This document shows, in pieces, positions 25,745-39,114 of a stretch of DNA of 64,000 nt; position 1 is the first letter of the stretch, and each line of letters starts with the position of its first letter. Made by a program: the position numbers and the translations under genes. The stretch comes from Eledone cirrhosa (Eukaryota). The notes below the pieces were generated by a model. It had not been told where the DNA came from, made no database searches, and worked only from the letters and a program-made list of their open reading frames with translations. The DNA lies in the NCBI GenBank assembly GCA_964016885.1, contig OZ024746.1, positions 49,042,001-49,106,000 of the forward strand, written 5' to 3'.

Positions 25745-28230
25745 GGCGTACTACACACAGGCATTATGTGATGCAGGCTTGTATCCGTGTATACAACAGG
25801 TAACAGTAACAAAACAGTGATATAAAAATATTAACAATCACTTTTCCAAAGAGGAGTAGGTGTAGAGTATATAGTCATGACTGATGGTGTACACATTCAA
25901 TGTGACGCCCGCCACGGTCGCCATGGGGCATGGCACCTTCTCTGGAGTGTGCTGTTCTAGACGTTTTGTGCACAGGTCCGGGCGGCAGTCGGCCCCGTAT
26001 CAGCCGGTCCCGACCCATGCATTGCATCTTCCAATGTTGCGTGCCCGGTCACGTGCGCACCCGGTCTACATATGATTGCCCCGCGGGTCGGACGTCGTCA
26101 TCATGGTATGTCGTCAGGTCCCCTAATCCCGCTAGACCAATCGGGTCTGTACTTTCTCATTCTCGTGCCCCCTGCTGCGTCACCCGCCGGATTCCATGCT
26201 GCAAAAGTGCATCTTCTCTGGTGTCTACATGTCATGATAATTTCAGACTTCAGGTTGACGGCGCCATCCTTCAGTCTGATTATCTCCATGGCCTCCTGTA
26301 GGCACAGTCGGCACTTTCTAATTCCGGCCGAATAGGCACGCACGTGGCGAACGATACTCCATTCCAGGGCGTATGGGGTGCCGTGGTCTTTCATGTCCCA
26401 CACGAGGTCCGCTAACCTAGTGGAGTGCCTTTTGCTACGGTCCCTGAAGGAATTCGTGTGATAATACATCCACGATTTAAAGGTCGTGGATGTTGCGCCT
26501 ATGTAGGTTCGATGCGCATTCTGGGTCGTCACCACACACTTGTATACCAGGTCCTTCATTAAGCATTTTCCCTGTAGGGGGCACTGGGTGCCCGCTCTAC
26601 AGTTGCAGGTTCTGCTGTCAATTCTTGTGCGTCCGATGTCCGGGCCCTGATCTGTAATGGCCCTCTCAAGGTTCTCAGTGAGCTGCACCGCCGCCGCACT
26701 TGTGTCCCAACCCCCATGCCCCTATTTCCCTCCCGATGTTGGACCATATCGCCCTCGACGGGTGCTCTGGTCGCCTCGGGGGCCGGGTTGTCATTTGAAG
26801 GCAGGTCCCTAGGTGGTTCTCCGCGCTCCGAAACATGGTCACTCTGTCGGCGCGGTTGCCGGCCAGTGTGCGCCTTCTTCACCGCGTTAGTTCTAGCCAT
26901 GTAGTCGGCCATATTCGGCGCCGTGGAGAAGGAAAATTTCACCGTGTGGCGGTTGAAGATTTTGTGGTATTTGTTTGTCGTCGGAAAGCACTCATCCAGC
27001 GCTCGGAAGAAAAGTCCTGGCACGTTGGTGCGTACATGTTTAGAATAAGGCGCATTGAACCAGGTAACGGCCTTAGATAAGTTCCTTTGTGTGCGTGGAT
27101 TCATGTTGTTGTGTCTAGGGTCGTTGCCGGCCCAGTGCTCTGCCCCACCTCAATTTCGTCTCGTGTGTTGTCCCTGTCTATTAGTCTGCTACGTTCGTCG
27201 TGGTTATGTTCTACCGTTGTAAATTTACGTCGTTCTATGTAGTCATCTATACGTCTATTCCCCTTAGGTCTATGTGATGTTATTGTCAGTGCTGTGGCAC
27301 TAGAACTAGGCTGTTCGTGCTCTGTGGCGTGTGCCCCGTTTTTATTTGTCGAAGATCTGTCCAAGGTTCCAGTTTCCACCGAGTATGCAGTGTGCGTGCA
27401 CACCGGGTGGTCTGGCTCCCATGGGTGCCTTAGTTTTATCTCTGGTCGGTCGTGTGCCATTAAAGTTAGTATTGTTGTTATTTGTGTTCCTGGCTACTAC
27501 TACTGGGTCAATTTTTCTACCTAGGGAGGCGCCCCCACTATTGTTAGGCTCTACTCTAACATATCGTTAGGCTCTACTCTATCTGCGGTATATACTATGG
27601 TGTCTTTGTAACCGGCCCTGCGCAGTGCCTCATTATAATATTCGGCGTGCTGTTTAAACACTTCTGCGTTAAACGACAAGGTGCATACGCGTTTTGACAC
27701 CCCTTTAACTATGGCTTCTATGACTGACTTAGGGTGATTCGATTGCCTGTTCACATACTGCAGGTTTTCGTTGGGCTTATGGTACGGTCTGTGGATTTCC
27801 GTATTCATTTCGAAGGTAACGTCCAGGAAATTGAGAACCAGTCAATTACCTCCTTAGTGGAGGTCAATAGGCTAAGCTTAGTTTTGTTTCTAAGTACCGG
27901 TATTATCCTATCTATAATATTCTTACTGGTCTTTCCTAGGTCGGATTTGGAGGGTGCTATTAACCTAACCGGTAGTTTAGTTTTAAAGTCTAATTTGTGG
28001 TCCTTAATAGATATACGTGGTCTTCTAGGTACATATACCTCGGTTCTATCCTCTAGTCCTAGCCCCGTCAGTATACTTTTTGCCGTGGCGTTAATACCAT
28101 CTAAATTTGTCTGTCCAGTGGTCCTATAGTTTTTCCTAATCTCCTTTCCGAGACATTCGTGTATATGTGTGGATATGCGTATGCATGTTAAGTTGTCCTT
28201 TCTTGTTTTCGTTTTTGTTTTGTGTGTATA
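25745..28230 (-). mobile_element. Naiad-type PLE with RT palm deleted
   Basis: ISIKDHK.DF....PVRLIAPSKSDLGKTSK; NFLDVTF; PYHKPN....YVN.QSNHP; TWFNAPYS; CNCR....CPLQGKC...LVYKC...YIGAT.TTFK; CRLC..E; TCRH. Confidence 0.88.
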
Positions 28231-28253
28231 CATCTATATATATATACTTATAT

Positions 28254-28308
<55 letters not shown>

Positions 28309-28361
28309 CGTAAAATAAGAAAATCTTTTTTTAAAAAAATTTTTTACTTACTTAAATTTTC

Positions 28362-28443
28362 ACTCCAACTAATTAGTTTCTGCAATGGGATAAAGACAGT
28401 TACGTAATCTAACTGTCGAGAATTCATTGCGTCATCAGGGAGT
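28362..28443 (-). ncRNA. Type I hammerhead ribozyme motif, canonical core
   Basis: ACUCC-CUGAUGA-cGCAAUG..GACAGUUA gauuacg UAACUGUC..CAUUGCa-GAAA-CUAAUUAG-UU-GGAGU; stem III is the perfect palindrome ACUAAUUAGU. Confidence 0.88.
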
Positions 28444-28953
28444 CTATTCTCAGCTAAGTCTCCAGGCAATGCGCGGACACTGGCGGCTCATATAAAAATA
28501 ATAATAATTCGGTAGATAGAACAGCTGGCGAGGACTGAATTCTATGTACTGAAATCCTCACTGCTTCTAGTCAAATGGCCGATTCTAAAGAATCAATCAC
28601 GTGACACAGAGGCTAGTCAGAAGGAATGGGATGGTAAGATGACTGACGCCTACTATCACCCCCCCAAAAAATTTTTTTAGAAGTGGTTTTGGCAGGTTTG
28701 CTCGACAAATCAGTGATTTGGAGATAAATATAGATAATTTAATATATCAACTAACATAAGCGCACAGATGTGTGTGTGTGTGTAAGTACGTGTGTAGGCA
28801 ATGTTTATGTACGTATGTGTTCGTAAGTGTGTGTGAACATGTGTGAGTTTACGTTTGTGTGTGTATGTGTGTGTGTGTGTATATATAAATGTATATATAT
28901 ATATATATATATATACATATAGTTATCTAATGAACAACATAGGATAGTTGTTT

Positions 28954-29008
28954 AATTTACCGGTGTTTTCTTGAAAGCAAACGATATTTACTTTCATTCA
29001 TCAGAATG
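28954..29008 (-). ncRNA. Type I hammerhead motif (inverted duplicate of 24281)
   Basis: AUU-CUGAUGA-aUGAAAGUAAAU auc GUUUGCUUUCAa-GAAA-acaccgg-UA-AAU. Confidence 0.75.
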
Positions 29009-29108
29009 AAAAAATCCTAGGTGTGTATGTATATCCGTGTATGCACATGTGCGTATATATGTATGTATGTGAATGTATGTGTGTATGTATATATGCGTGT
29101 GTATGAGC

Positions 29109-29187
<79 letters not shown>

Positions 29188-29737
29188 AATGTATAGAAGT
29201 GTGGCCGTATGTGTGCGTGCGTGGTAGTGTATGTATATATGTGTACGTTTAAATATGACATGCTTACCTAATTGATACAGAACAGTCAGAAGGCTCGTGG
29301 CGGCATGTATCAACAAGTGTGTGTGACTGGGCCCATGGGAGGCAGGGAGAGAGGGTGCGTGAGTATATATACTGCGATGTATGTATGTATGTGGCGGTGT
29401 GGGTGTCTGAGCATGTAGACGTACGAGTGTGAATGCATAGATAGGTGTATGTCTGAGTATATATATGTGTGTGTTACTATGTGTTTATTCTAGTATGTGT
29501 GGGTGCTTACTCTGAAGTGTGAGCAGACGCATGAGGTACTGAACCAAGCATGACCCAATTGAAATATGTTGGACGGAAAATGGTTGATGAACCCTGTGGC
29601 AGCAGATACTGACCAGAACTTGTGATGACGTGGAGTAAAAACAACCAATGGCATGACAAGAGTGGAAAGAAGGTTTTTTTGAGGGGTTGTTTTGATAACA
29701 ACACCTCAGTGATAAAATTTGCTCCGGACATAACAGA

Positions 29738-29812
29738 CGTGTCTGAAAGAACCCGCAGAAGTAGAATCAGCCAGATTCATACAAGGACCATGACTCGAGC
29801 TACATGCCGGCG

Positions 29813-29815
<3 letters not shown>
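29738..29815 (+). ncRNA. Truncated duplicate of the 19424 hammerhead-like motif
   Basis: Same stem I, core and stem II but ends at GAAA, directly followed by (TA)n. Confidence 0.55.
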
Positions 29816-29889
<74 letters not shown>

Positions 29890-31065
29890 ATTTATATATA
29901 TGTAGGTATGTATGTATATATGTGTGTCACCAAAATCACCGGGAGAGATGACCCCTTAGCCTTTGTCAAGGCAGAATTCTAGGAGAAGGAAAACTCTGAT
30001 ATAACACCTGCAACCCTGATGGTATCCAATGATGCTGACTTGTTCTTCTTTTTGATAAATATCATCTTGGTTAAGAGAGTGGGACTGGCTTTGTGCAATG
30101 CCTTTGCTCACTATAAAAGCTTCACGGCACAGGCATTGCTTTATATCTGGAGATCTCTCTCAACTTGTCGTCACATGGTACCATGGGTCCAGCATTATGT
30201 GTCAATAATATATATATTATTGTAGAACAACTGTCGATCCTGGGGACGAGCGTTCCAATTGTTGGTACAATGAAACAGACTGCACGTGAAATTAAGACAT
30301 GCTTTTCTGAAATCATGTGCAATCTTAACATAGTTCACAAAGAGGTTCCACGTGGTATAGTAAAGCTGGCCCGTTCAATTACTATTACATTTCATTTTTG
30401 CCATGCAACTAGAACAATATCAGTTAGTATATGTTTTGGGTAGTAGAGACAATGTAGTGAAAACAATGGACGTGTTTCAGTCTTTTTAGATTTCTTCAAT
30501 GAAGCATATTCACTTCATTTGGCTAGAAAACGTTGAGGTTTTTTTAAAAAATTAGATGGATTAATATAACTCAAATAGGCGCTGCTTTAGAAGGAGATTA
30601 TATTTTATCTGTGAAGAACAAATTTCGTTCTTCCTCTTCATTTCAGTTTTACTGTACTTTAAGTAAGACATATTAAGATAGTATCTTATGTGACGATCTT
30701 GATACTGAATAAGTTAAATGATAAATATCTTCATTGGCAATGACTGTTTTGTGTATATTTCACTAATACGAAAAACGTATCACGATTTATATGAATCAAA
30801 GAAAAATAAGATAAAACTAAAGAAAAATACTGTGAGAAATGAACAATTGTCGAATATTTATTTTACATTATTCAATTTCATTTTATTTTTCCTTATCGAA
30901 ACTATGTTAACGGGGAATTGTCTGGATATATGTAAACGTACACAATTATATATATATACATATAGGAAAAGAATCAGGGCCCCAACGGCTGAGCTCAGGC
31001 CGGCTCGACAGCCGTCGGTGTCTTGACTCTTTTCGTATTACCCACTCTACTGCACTAGTATCTAG

Positions 31066-31696
31066 TACTCTGGTGCGTTATGGTCCACCTGGTTCCTTAC
31101 CACACTTCCTTCGTTATATATATATGTATATATATATATATTAAAATAACAGATTAAAGTTTAAGCAAAGAATCGCTGCTTTCACCCTTAACTCTAGGGT
31201 TCTTATATATTTGATAGATATATTTATCCTTATCGAGTCCTCTTTGGATTTTAGTCTTTAAATTTATTATTATTATTATTATTGGGTGCTATACGAGAAT
31301 GCTGAGGATGGCTCTGAACATTAATCAGTATACACTGAGGATGAAAAACTCAGAGCTGTATGGGAGCCTCCCAAAATCAGCTCATAGGTGACATAGAGGA
31401 GCCTGAGGTTAGCTGGACATGCTCACCGATATCCAGAGTTGACATTGCACTCAATGCTCCTGTGGGAGCCCCTACAAGGACACGTTGGAAGCGGCAGACC
31501 AAGGTTAACGTATGTTGATGCCCTAAGGACAGACACTGGTCTTTTGGAGACGCAGGGCATGGCAGCGATAATGAGGGACAGAGACCGGTGGAGAGAACTC
31601 ACCCATGGATCTCGGGAATTTTACGCGCCCTAGAGAATATATATATATAACGAAGGACGTGTGGTAAGGAACCAGGTGGACCATAATGCACCAGAG

Positions 31697-31697
<1 letters not shown>
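31066..31697. repeat. ~55-bp inverted repeats flanking a repeat fragment and a LINE fragment
   Basis: ctctggtgcgttatggtccacctggttccttaccacac (31068) versus gtgtggtaaggaaccaggtggaccataatgcaccagag (31659-31696). Confidence 0.85.
31283..31633 (+). mobile_element. 5'-truncated RTE/RTE-X-like LINE 3' end
   Basis: YTRMLRMALNI...NSELYGSLPK...LRLAGH...LLWEP..G....GRPRLTYVDALRTDTG.....MRDRDRWR. Confidence 0.85.
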
Positions 31698-31739
<42 letters not shown>

Positions 31740-31819
31740 TGATAACGGAAGAAGCTTTTATTTTTCAACGGCGATGAATAGTTTAATAATTTCTTGTTCA
31801 TCGCTTCACTCGTCAGATA

Positions 31820-31937
<118 letters not shown>

Positions 31938-32149
31938 CGTGTGTGTGCATGTGTGCGCGCGCGTGTGTGTGTGTTGTACTTCAAAGCATTTTACGAATAA
32001 ATTTAGGTAGACAAATCCCCTAAAATCATAAATGTAGTTAATGACCTAATCCATTTTCTCTCAACAGATGACCCTTATTGAATCACTTCGTCATAACTAT
32101 CATCATCATCAACACCAGTAGCAGCAGCAGCATTATCATCACCATCATC

Positions 32150-32520
32150 ATCTTCAGATATTATCTGTCTCCTGCACGGTTAAATTTTCCCATGTCGGTG
32201 TCGGTGCCATTTATTTTTCCCAGTTATGTTTCATTCATTTAACGATCTCATCTCTCCAACGCTAAAATACTTGAACCTGTAGCTATTCATATCGATTTTA
32301 CACAGGTTTGTCCATCTGATGTCATTTGCTGACTTCAATCTGCTCTTTTAAATGTGTTTTATGGTGTCATGTCCTTTTTCTTTGCTCACTTAGCATCTGG
32401 TGTGTTTTTCTATACTTTTTAGTAATTCTTAATATTCTTTTTCGTATTGTTCTAAATATATGAGCCATGTTTTTAGTCATCGATCATGTCTCTGCTCCAT
32501 AAGTCATTGGTGGTTTCATC
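32150..32520 (-). mobile_element. Degenerate RTE-like LINE fragment
   Basis: PPMTYGAET* (cf. P.LTYG.ETW) and DRFKYF on the minus strand. Confidence 0.45.
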
Positions 32521-33751
32521 TTTTTTTCTTTAGTTCCTGTTGCTCCCTATAAGGCGTGGGCGACTATCATCATTTATGTACTTCTTCTCGGCACTCCCTG
32601 AAAACCATTAAGCGTTTCGAAGTTAAGGTTCCATTTATAACCTTATATAGGGGTTTATTTCAGATACTGTCAGCCGTAGCCAAATGGACTTAAATCATTT
32701 CAATATATTTTCAAAGGAACATTAACTAACGTTATTTCCACTATTGAAATAACATTTATTTATATTGTTCCACTCTGCTTTTAACGATTCAAAGGGTAAT
32801 TGTGCGTCTTGTTTAAATTAACGTTCCTTCAAATCACTTTACTCAATTATCAACGGAACAGTTGATAAGGCGTTATTTCACTCAACCGTCATATGTAAAA
32901 TAGGAGTGATACACTGGTAGAAATGTTCTGCTCTTCACGCAAAAAGACATCTTCTCACCACCTCGTCAAATTACCAAAGCCACATAGCACTATCACCCCA
33001 CTTTCAGTAAGCACACGCAATACCCCATTACTCTTTATACCCCCCCCCCCTCTTTTTTTAGATCCGAAAATCGATTAAAAATGTTTATCAATTTACAGGG
33101 AAATGGTATTTTTAGGTATGTTTACATTCATGAGATCCATGAATATCTTTATATATGTTGGTGCTGTCTTGGTTACATACTCTGTATTTATACAAATATA
33201 ACTTTATCATACGCTTCGGCTGCTACCACGTTTCTTATATTTATAAATATACTCACATCCAGAGAAATACCGATATATTCATAAATATTTGCATATATAT
33301 GTGGGCGTGCGTATGTTATCTGTGTGTTTGATTCAAAAGCAAAACCAAATCTACGAGTCTTTAAAACGAAAGTAGATCTTTCTCATTTAAACATACATAC
33401 ACACGCACGCTTGCATAACGTGTATAGTACACATTGTTCAGTTGTGTCAATGGAATATAATAGCGATCTAATCATATAAATGACTGTATTCATGTTCATT
33501 CAAAGAACAACAGCATCTGATGCATGTTATCAACAAATTTAATCTCACAATGAAAAACTATAGTAAGTACATTTTCCATTACCGAAAAGACGAAAATATA
33601 TTCTAAATCTAAACGCTTGCCAGATTAATTCAATATTCAACTACTGTTCTATTACCGGGATTCAATTTAATAATCCTTCTTTAGAATATACTTCGTTCTT
33701 TCATTTTTTGAAATCATATTTCTTTGTATTATTCAAACATATATAGATACA

Positions 33752-33865
<114 letters not shown>

Positions 33866-34348
33866 GGGGTATGTATAAGTGTGTATGTGGGGGTTTGTGT
33901 CTCTGTAGGTATGTATACGTGAATGTATGTATTTATGTATATAAATATATAAAAAGAAAATGTCAGATTGACAGATAGAAATGCTTATTTGAATGTTACA
34001 AAGTTTGGTAAAAACTTCTAACAATGTTATATATATATATATGTATATAGTGACGAAACATAAGTCAATTGCATGAACTCATAATCCTTTATTTACTGCT
34101 ATATATATTTCGATGAAAGCCATTGAATGGCTATGACCTCATCAGGCAGTTTGTCAGTTCTTAGATATGCCAGCTCTGTGTTTATGGTGTTTATATATAT
34201 ATATATATATAATCCTATTTCAATTTTATACGTATTACTTAAAGTATATATTAGACCAATAACGATTGTTTTCTCAATTTTTATATATTGTTATATATTG
34301 ATAAAGCCAAATACACTATACGTTGACCAATATACTCACACTGGCACC

Positions 34349-34458
34349 GACTACTGCTACTACTACTACTACTGCTACTGCTACCACTACTACTAATACT
34401 ACAACTACTGCTGCTGCTACCGCTACTACTAATACTACTACAAATACTGCTACTACTG

Positions 34459-34532
<74 letters not shown>

Positions 34533-34533
34533 G
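34349..34533. repeat. (ACT)n microsatellite
   Basis: Seen directly; source of the poly-T/S/V ORFs. Confidence 0.95.
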
Positions 34534-36039
34534 TCGATAGAATACAGCCCCAGAGAATGCACTGAAATAATCGATTTTTCTCTCCCCTCAAAATTGTTGG
34601 TCTTGTGCCTAAATCAGAAACGATTATAAGATAAGAGAATGTATTAGTAAAGGCATAGACGTTGAAGTAATTCTCACAACCATGAGATCTATGCCTCACA
34701 GAGAAGCTACTTATCAATTGCTTCCCTCTTTGGGATACCTTAAAACAAAAAAAAAACATACAAATACCATCAAGCAACCATCTTAATTTGAAATTTGCCA
34801 GGAGATTGGTCTGTTAATGTATATTCCAGTCGATAGATTTGGTTGCTTACAAGTAACATCTTCAGTGGTGCACCTGCTATTTGAAGAGTTGTAAAACCTA
34901 TTACATAAACACTATGACTGAATAGTGAATACATTTATAATTGTTTAATTGAAAGAAAACATACGTTATACGTGTAAATATTCAGATTAGTTGACATTCA
35001 TAGCTTGTAAAATTATTGAAAAGGACGTTTGTCGGAGGCTACAAATCTAGCTTCCAACTAAACCAGATTTGACACACCTGCTTGATATTATGTGCTAGTA
35101 CTTATTACTATTAGCACCTGCCACCGAAGAACCGGATATTAAACATTTCCGCTTTCAATGTTACGGAAGCCTTCTTCTGTGAAGACTTTATTAAAAGCAA
35201 TTAATTGTGGTATTTTGGGGTTGAGCGCGTTATTTTCTTTTTTTTCCTTTACGTCCTCTTTTATGGTATCCTTCATCGCTTGTATACTAAAATTGAAAAA
35301 TTAAACAACAATGAGACTAATTAGTAGCAGTAATAATAAAAATGTGAACACTCTAGTGAAAAATTGGTTTTTAATCTTTTGTTAACTCATTTGATCTAGA
35401 AATGAAATGACTTTTAGATAACAAAATCATTAGTCTCTTCAACTGTTTTGTTTAACTTTTTCATTGCCTAATGTTCTGGAAATGTATTTTCCTACTTACA
35501 ATAGTTACAAATAAAAATTGTTCTGATTGCATCGATTTGGTATTGAAGCAATTTTAGCTAGTTTCGTTTCAACCATTTTTATTTGATTACGGTTGAAACA
35601 ATTTTATAGTGGGTTTCAATTGGTAACATTCACAATCGTATTTCATGAGTCTGTTTAGAAAACGATCTGACAATTCTTACTCACAATTTTCTTTTTATAT
35701 TCGTACTAAACTTCACCTCGCTTTATATCCACAACAAACCGAGTTTATGACGAATGGAGAAATTAATAAATATATTGCTAGATAATTGGAACCAGAAATT
35801 TCAAACAAATCATTTCTGCAGACACTTTACTGCTGAGAAAGATTTTCAATAAGAAATCTAGTAATTTCGTTTATTATATTATGGAGAATGCGATTTGGGA
35901 CATTGGAAATATTCCAGATTTCAATGTCATTCACAGAGTTAAGGTTTTCATACTCTGGATATTATTCTAGTTATGAAATTGCAACAAGAGCGCAGTGGTA
36001 TACACTTAAAATGGTTCTAATGAATTACAAAATCGGTTG

Positions 36040-36290
36040 TGTTATGAAAATCAAGGGTAACGGGCCAGGTATTGTATTCATCGTTTACCTGGAAAATAAG
36101 TGCATACTAATCGAAGTATCAATCCCAACATATGATAAAATCTTTCAAAATGGAAACATCCTAAGATTTGACTATAGAGATTATCAGAATGCGAAGATTG
36201 AATCCGAAAACAATCCCTATAATAATAGGATACTTTAAAATAAGATACTTTAAAATATTTAACTAAAACAGCCCTACGTAAAATTGTATA
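36040..36290 (+). mobile_element. Restriction-like endonuclease remnant of an R4-like non-LTR retrotransposon
   Basis: NGPGIVF..LENKCILIEVSIP.YDKI then, shifted, DLTIEIIRMRRL.PKTIPIIIG; fits RPDIV...C.LID.A.P.D...KY.DL..EI.RMW...IPI.IG. Confidence 0.65.
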
Positions 36291-36769
36291 CAGCAAAGAG
36301 AAAATAGCACTATATATATTTTTCTACGTTTAATTATGTTACATCATGGTAAATTCCTTTCATCATAATAGATATAAATTTTACAGGTACGTCATTAGAA
36401 TATCAAATATGTTTTATGAATATAATAAAAAGATGAAATATCCTAAGATAACATTTAAAAAAATGAGATTGAAAACAAAAACTGAAAAATGATTCAAGGT
36501 ATGCAGCACCGGATAGGCTCATATCACTGGAATTTCCAATGTCTTTCAAGCTCTTTTGAAATGTTAAAAGCAGCAAAGATCAAAGGAAAGATAATTGATG
36601 AAATTTTGTGTCAACTGGGAAATCATTATTGCTAAACATCGATAAAAGTCATGTTTTAGAATCGATTAATCACTTCCGTAGAGAATGATTTCAAAGTTGA
36701 ATCAAATGCAAGAAATATCGATTTTGAACAAAAACATGAGGTCACAAGCCTTAGGGGCCTAGATAATAA

Positions 36770-36915
36770 TTTATCTCTATCACAATATCTGAGTGATACC
36801 TATTTTATCACCACCAGAAAGATAAGATCCGAAGCTGCCTTCGGTAATATTTGAAGTCAAAACATTCAGTAAGTATGCCAGAACATTTCCTCCAATGGTC
36901 TAATGAATCTGTCCA
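36770..36915 (-). mobile_element. Old degenerate SINE
   Basis: gatacctattttatcaccaccagaaagataag...gccttcggtaatatttgaa is a diverged match to the SINE core. Confidence 0.5.
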
Positions 36916-37033
36916 TGAATTATATTCAAAGTGCAAACATAAATATTAAATACAATAATAACAATTCAGCTGGAAATGAAGGTTGATGATAGTGCGATCG
37001 GTGGTGATGACAAACAATCTTCATTACTCCTGC

Positions 37034-37141
<108 letters not shown>

Positions 37142-39114
37142 TGCGTGTGTATATGTTGTTTGAATCTGAGGCGCTACTGGTCTAATGCAGTCGTTTTATA
37201 TATGATGTACAGGATACCTATTTTTGGTGGGCCGGCACATTACCGATTTAATTCCCCTTCTTTTTCATGGTAACTTGACCTATGTTTGAGCTGTTGCAAG
37301 CAAACAGACAAAGCTTGGCATAGAGAGTTATAATGTTTGTTTTGCACACCACATCGACGCCCTCTACAATTCTCTAGATACACTTGAATAACTAAACCGT
37401 TGGACAATTTTTCTTTCCTCATGTTTAACATCTGGTTCATTCTAATCTAATCTAATCCGGCCGAGTTTACACTCGCAAATAAGAACAACCAGGGTCGCCT
37501 CTAGAAGCATTGGATTTGGTGTACTTCTTATTTGTTTCAGTTGCTGAATACAATCAGGGGCGCTGCTTCTCCTGAAGGTCAATAGTTTTCTTTTGAAAGC
37601 AGGAGCGCCTTTCCATTGTCAATTTGCATTGATTATCTGCAAAGCCGCATTGTTCTCAGAATCACTACACCAGTCTTTCGATTCGTGCAGCTGGAACTAC
37701 TGCCACCCATTGATTTGGCAGGATATTTTTCTTAAGATGTCCGTTGACTTTTATGAGCTCTTTCTACGCACTACATAATTCTATTCCGCTCTAAGGCACG
37801 AATGTATCAACATTTATCTATAATCATTGTCTACTGTTTAGACAATATACTTTACTCATACGCTACTCCAGAAGATAGTGTCTAACCATATGCAGATATC
37901 GGGTACTCACTTTGCATTATATTCTGTGTGAAAGGAAAACATTAATGCTGATGTCTGTATGTTATTACAAGTCCTTTCTGAACGTTCATATTGTGTGTGC
38001 ATGTTTGGCCTGTTTTGATTATTTTATTTGGACGTCGTGTTCAGGTTTAATATTTCTCATTTAGTGACACTAGACACGTTCTGTGAGCCAACAAAATACT
38101 ATCTCTGTATATTTTCGATTCAGTGTTTCAAACTATTGAAAGCTAATAGCCAAACATTTCAATAGTTTGGGGATTTACGATAATTCTATTTATCTTCTAT
38201 TAATCGATTTCATGTCTTTTAAATATTTTTCTGCTCACATACATATTCACCGTATGATAGGACTGGTACACATATGCACTCATCACTGCATTTCTATGCC
38301 AAATCCGATAATTCTTTTATTTTTTTGACGAAATGCAAAATTGTCATGCAATTAGAGACAGCGAATTTGTTTATATTCATCCAGCCTGGAATGATTACAT
38401 GCATTGTGTTTGACAGTATGTTAAATTGGAACCAAGCACAACAAACTAAAACATTCAGTTTGAAGAAGGCGTATTTATGTTGTCACTCGAATTAGAAATA
38501 TTGGTGAAATATGTCTCAAATTACTTAATATCATCTTGGATGTGTAAGGGCTCATTAAATAATGTAGTGTGCGAATCACTGTGCCTGTGATATGCACACC
38601 GCTAAAATACCTTTGATCTGGATCTTCTCGGTCAGAATTCGCCAGCAGCTAAATAACAGAAATTAAAACACTCAAATTAATTTCATCCGATTTCAATTTC
38701 CGATTAAACTTCTCAGTTTATATTTCCCTTTGATAAAAATGTTGGTTCTGCCCTGTTGTGGTAAAATAATGGCTTAAGTTCATACGATAGTTTTCTTCTT
38801 TTTACATTCTGAGTTGCAATCACGAAGGGATTGATTTTGTTATTGTCATATTTGTTGTTGATATTGTTTTTGCTGTTGCAACTGTTGCTGTTGTTGTTCT
38901 TACTCCTGCTGTTACTTTAACCCAGATCAATACTGATCGAGCAGACCTATGCTAAAGCTCATTCTAGTAGTATCTGTGTTCACAGTTTTCTTATATAGTT
39001 GATGTGAGTAGAATTTGAATTGTTAGTAATTTCACTGCTATTTTCAGCATGTGAAACGACGGTGCATCGGATGTTAGTTAACGTACCTTTTAATTCCTCA
39101 GCCCGGCTTATTAT

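Larger units (their letters stand above)
18897..30201. repeat. Long inverted duplication: 18897-20100 plus 24131-24533 versus 28768-30201
   Basis: Unique sequence matches in reverse complement throughout (e.g. 18901 atgctgggcccatggtacc vs 30175-30197; 24264 cctaggattttttcatt vs 29005-29021). Confidence 0.95.

Noticed and set aside
26098-26103. Tandem TGA TGA ending the Naiad-type ORF (some Naiads encode selenoproteins)
   Set aside because: The conserved Cys positions are ordinary Cys codons here, the TGAs lie in an Arg run outside the domain, and I could not recognise a SECIS. A SECISearch run would settle it.
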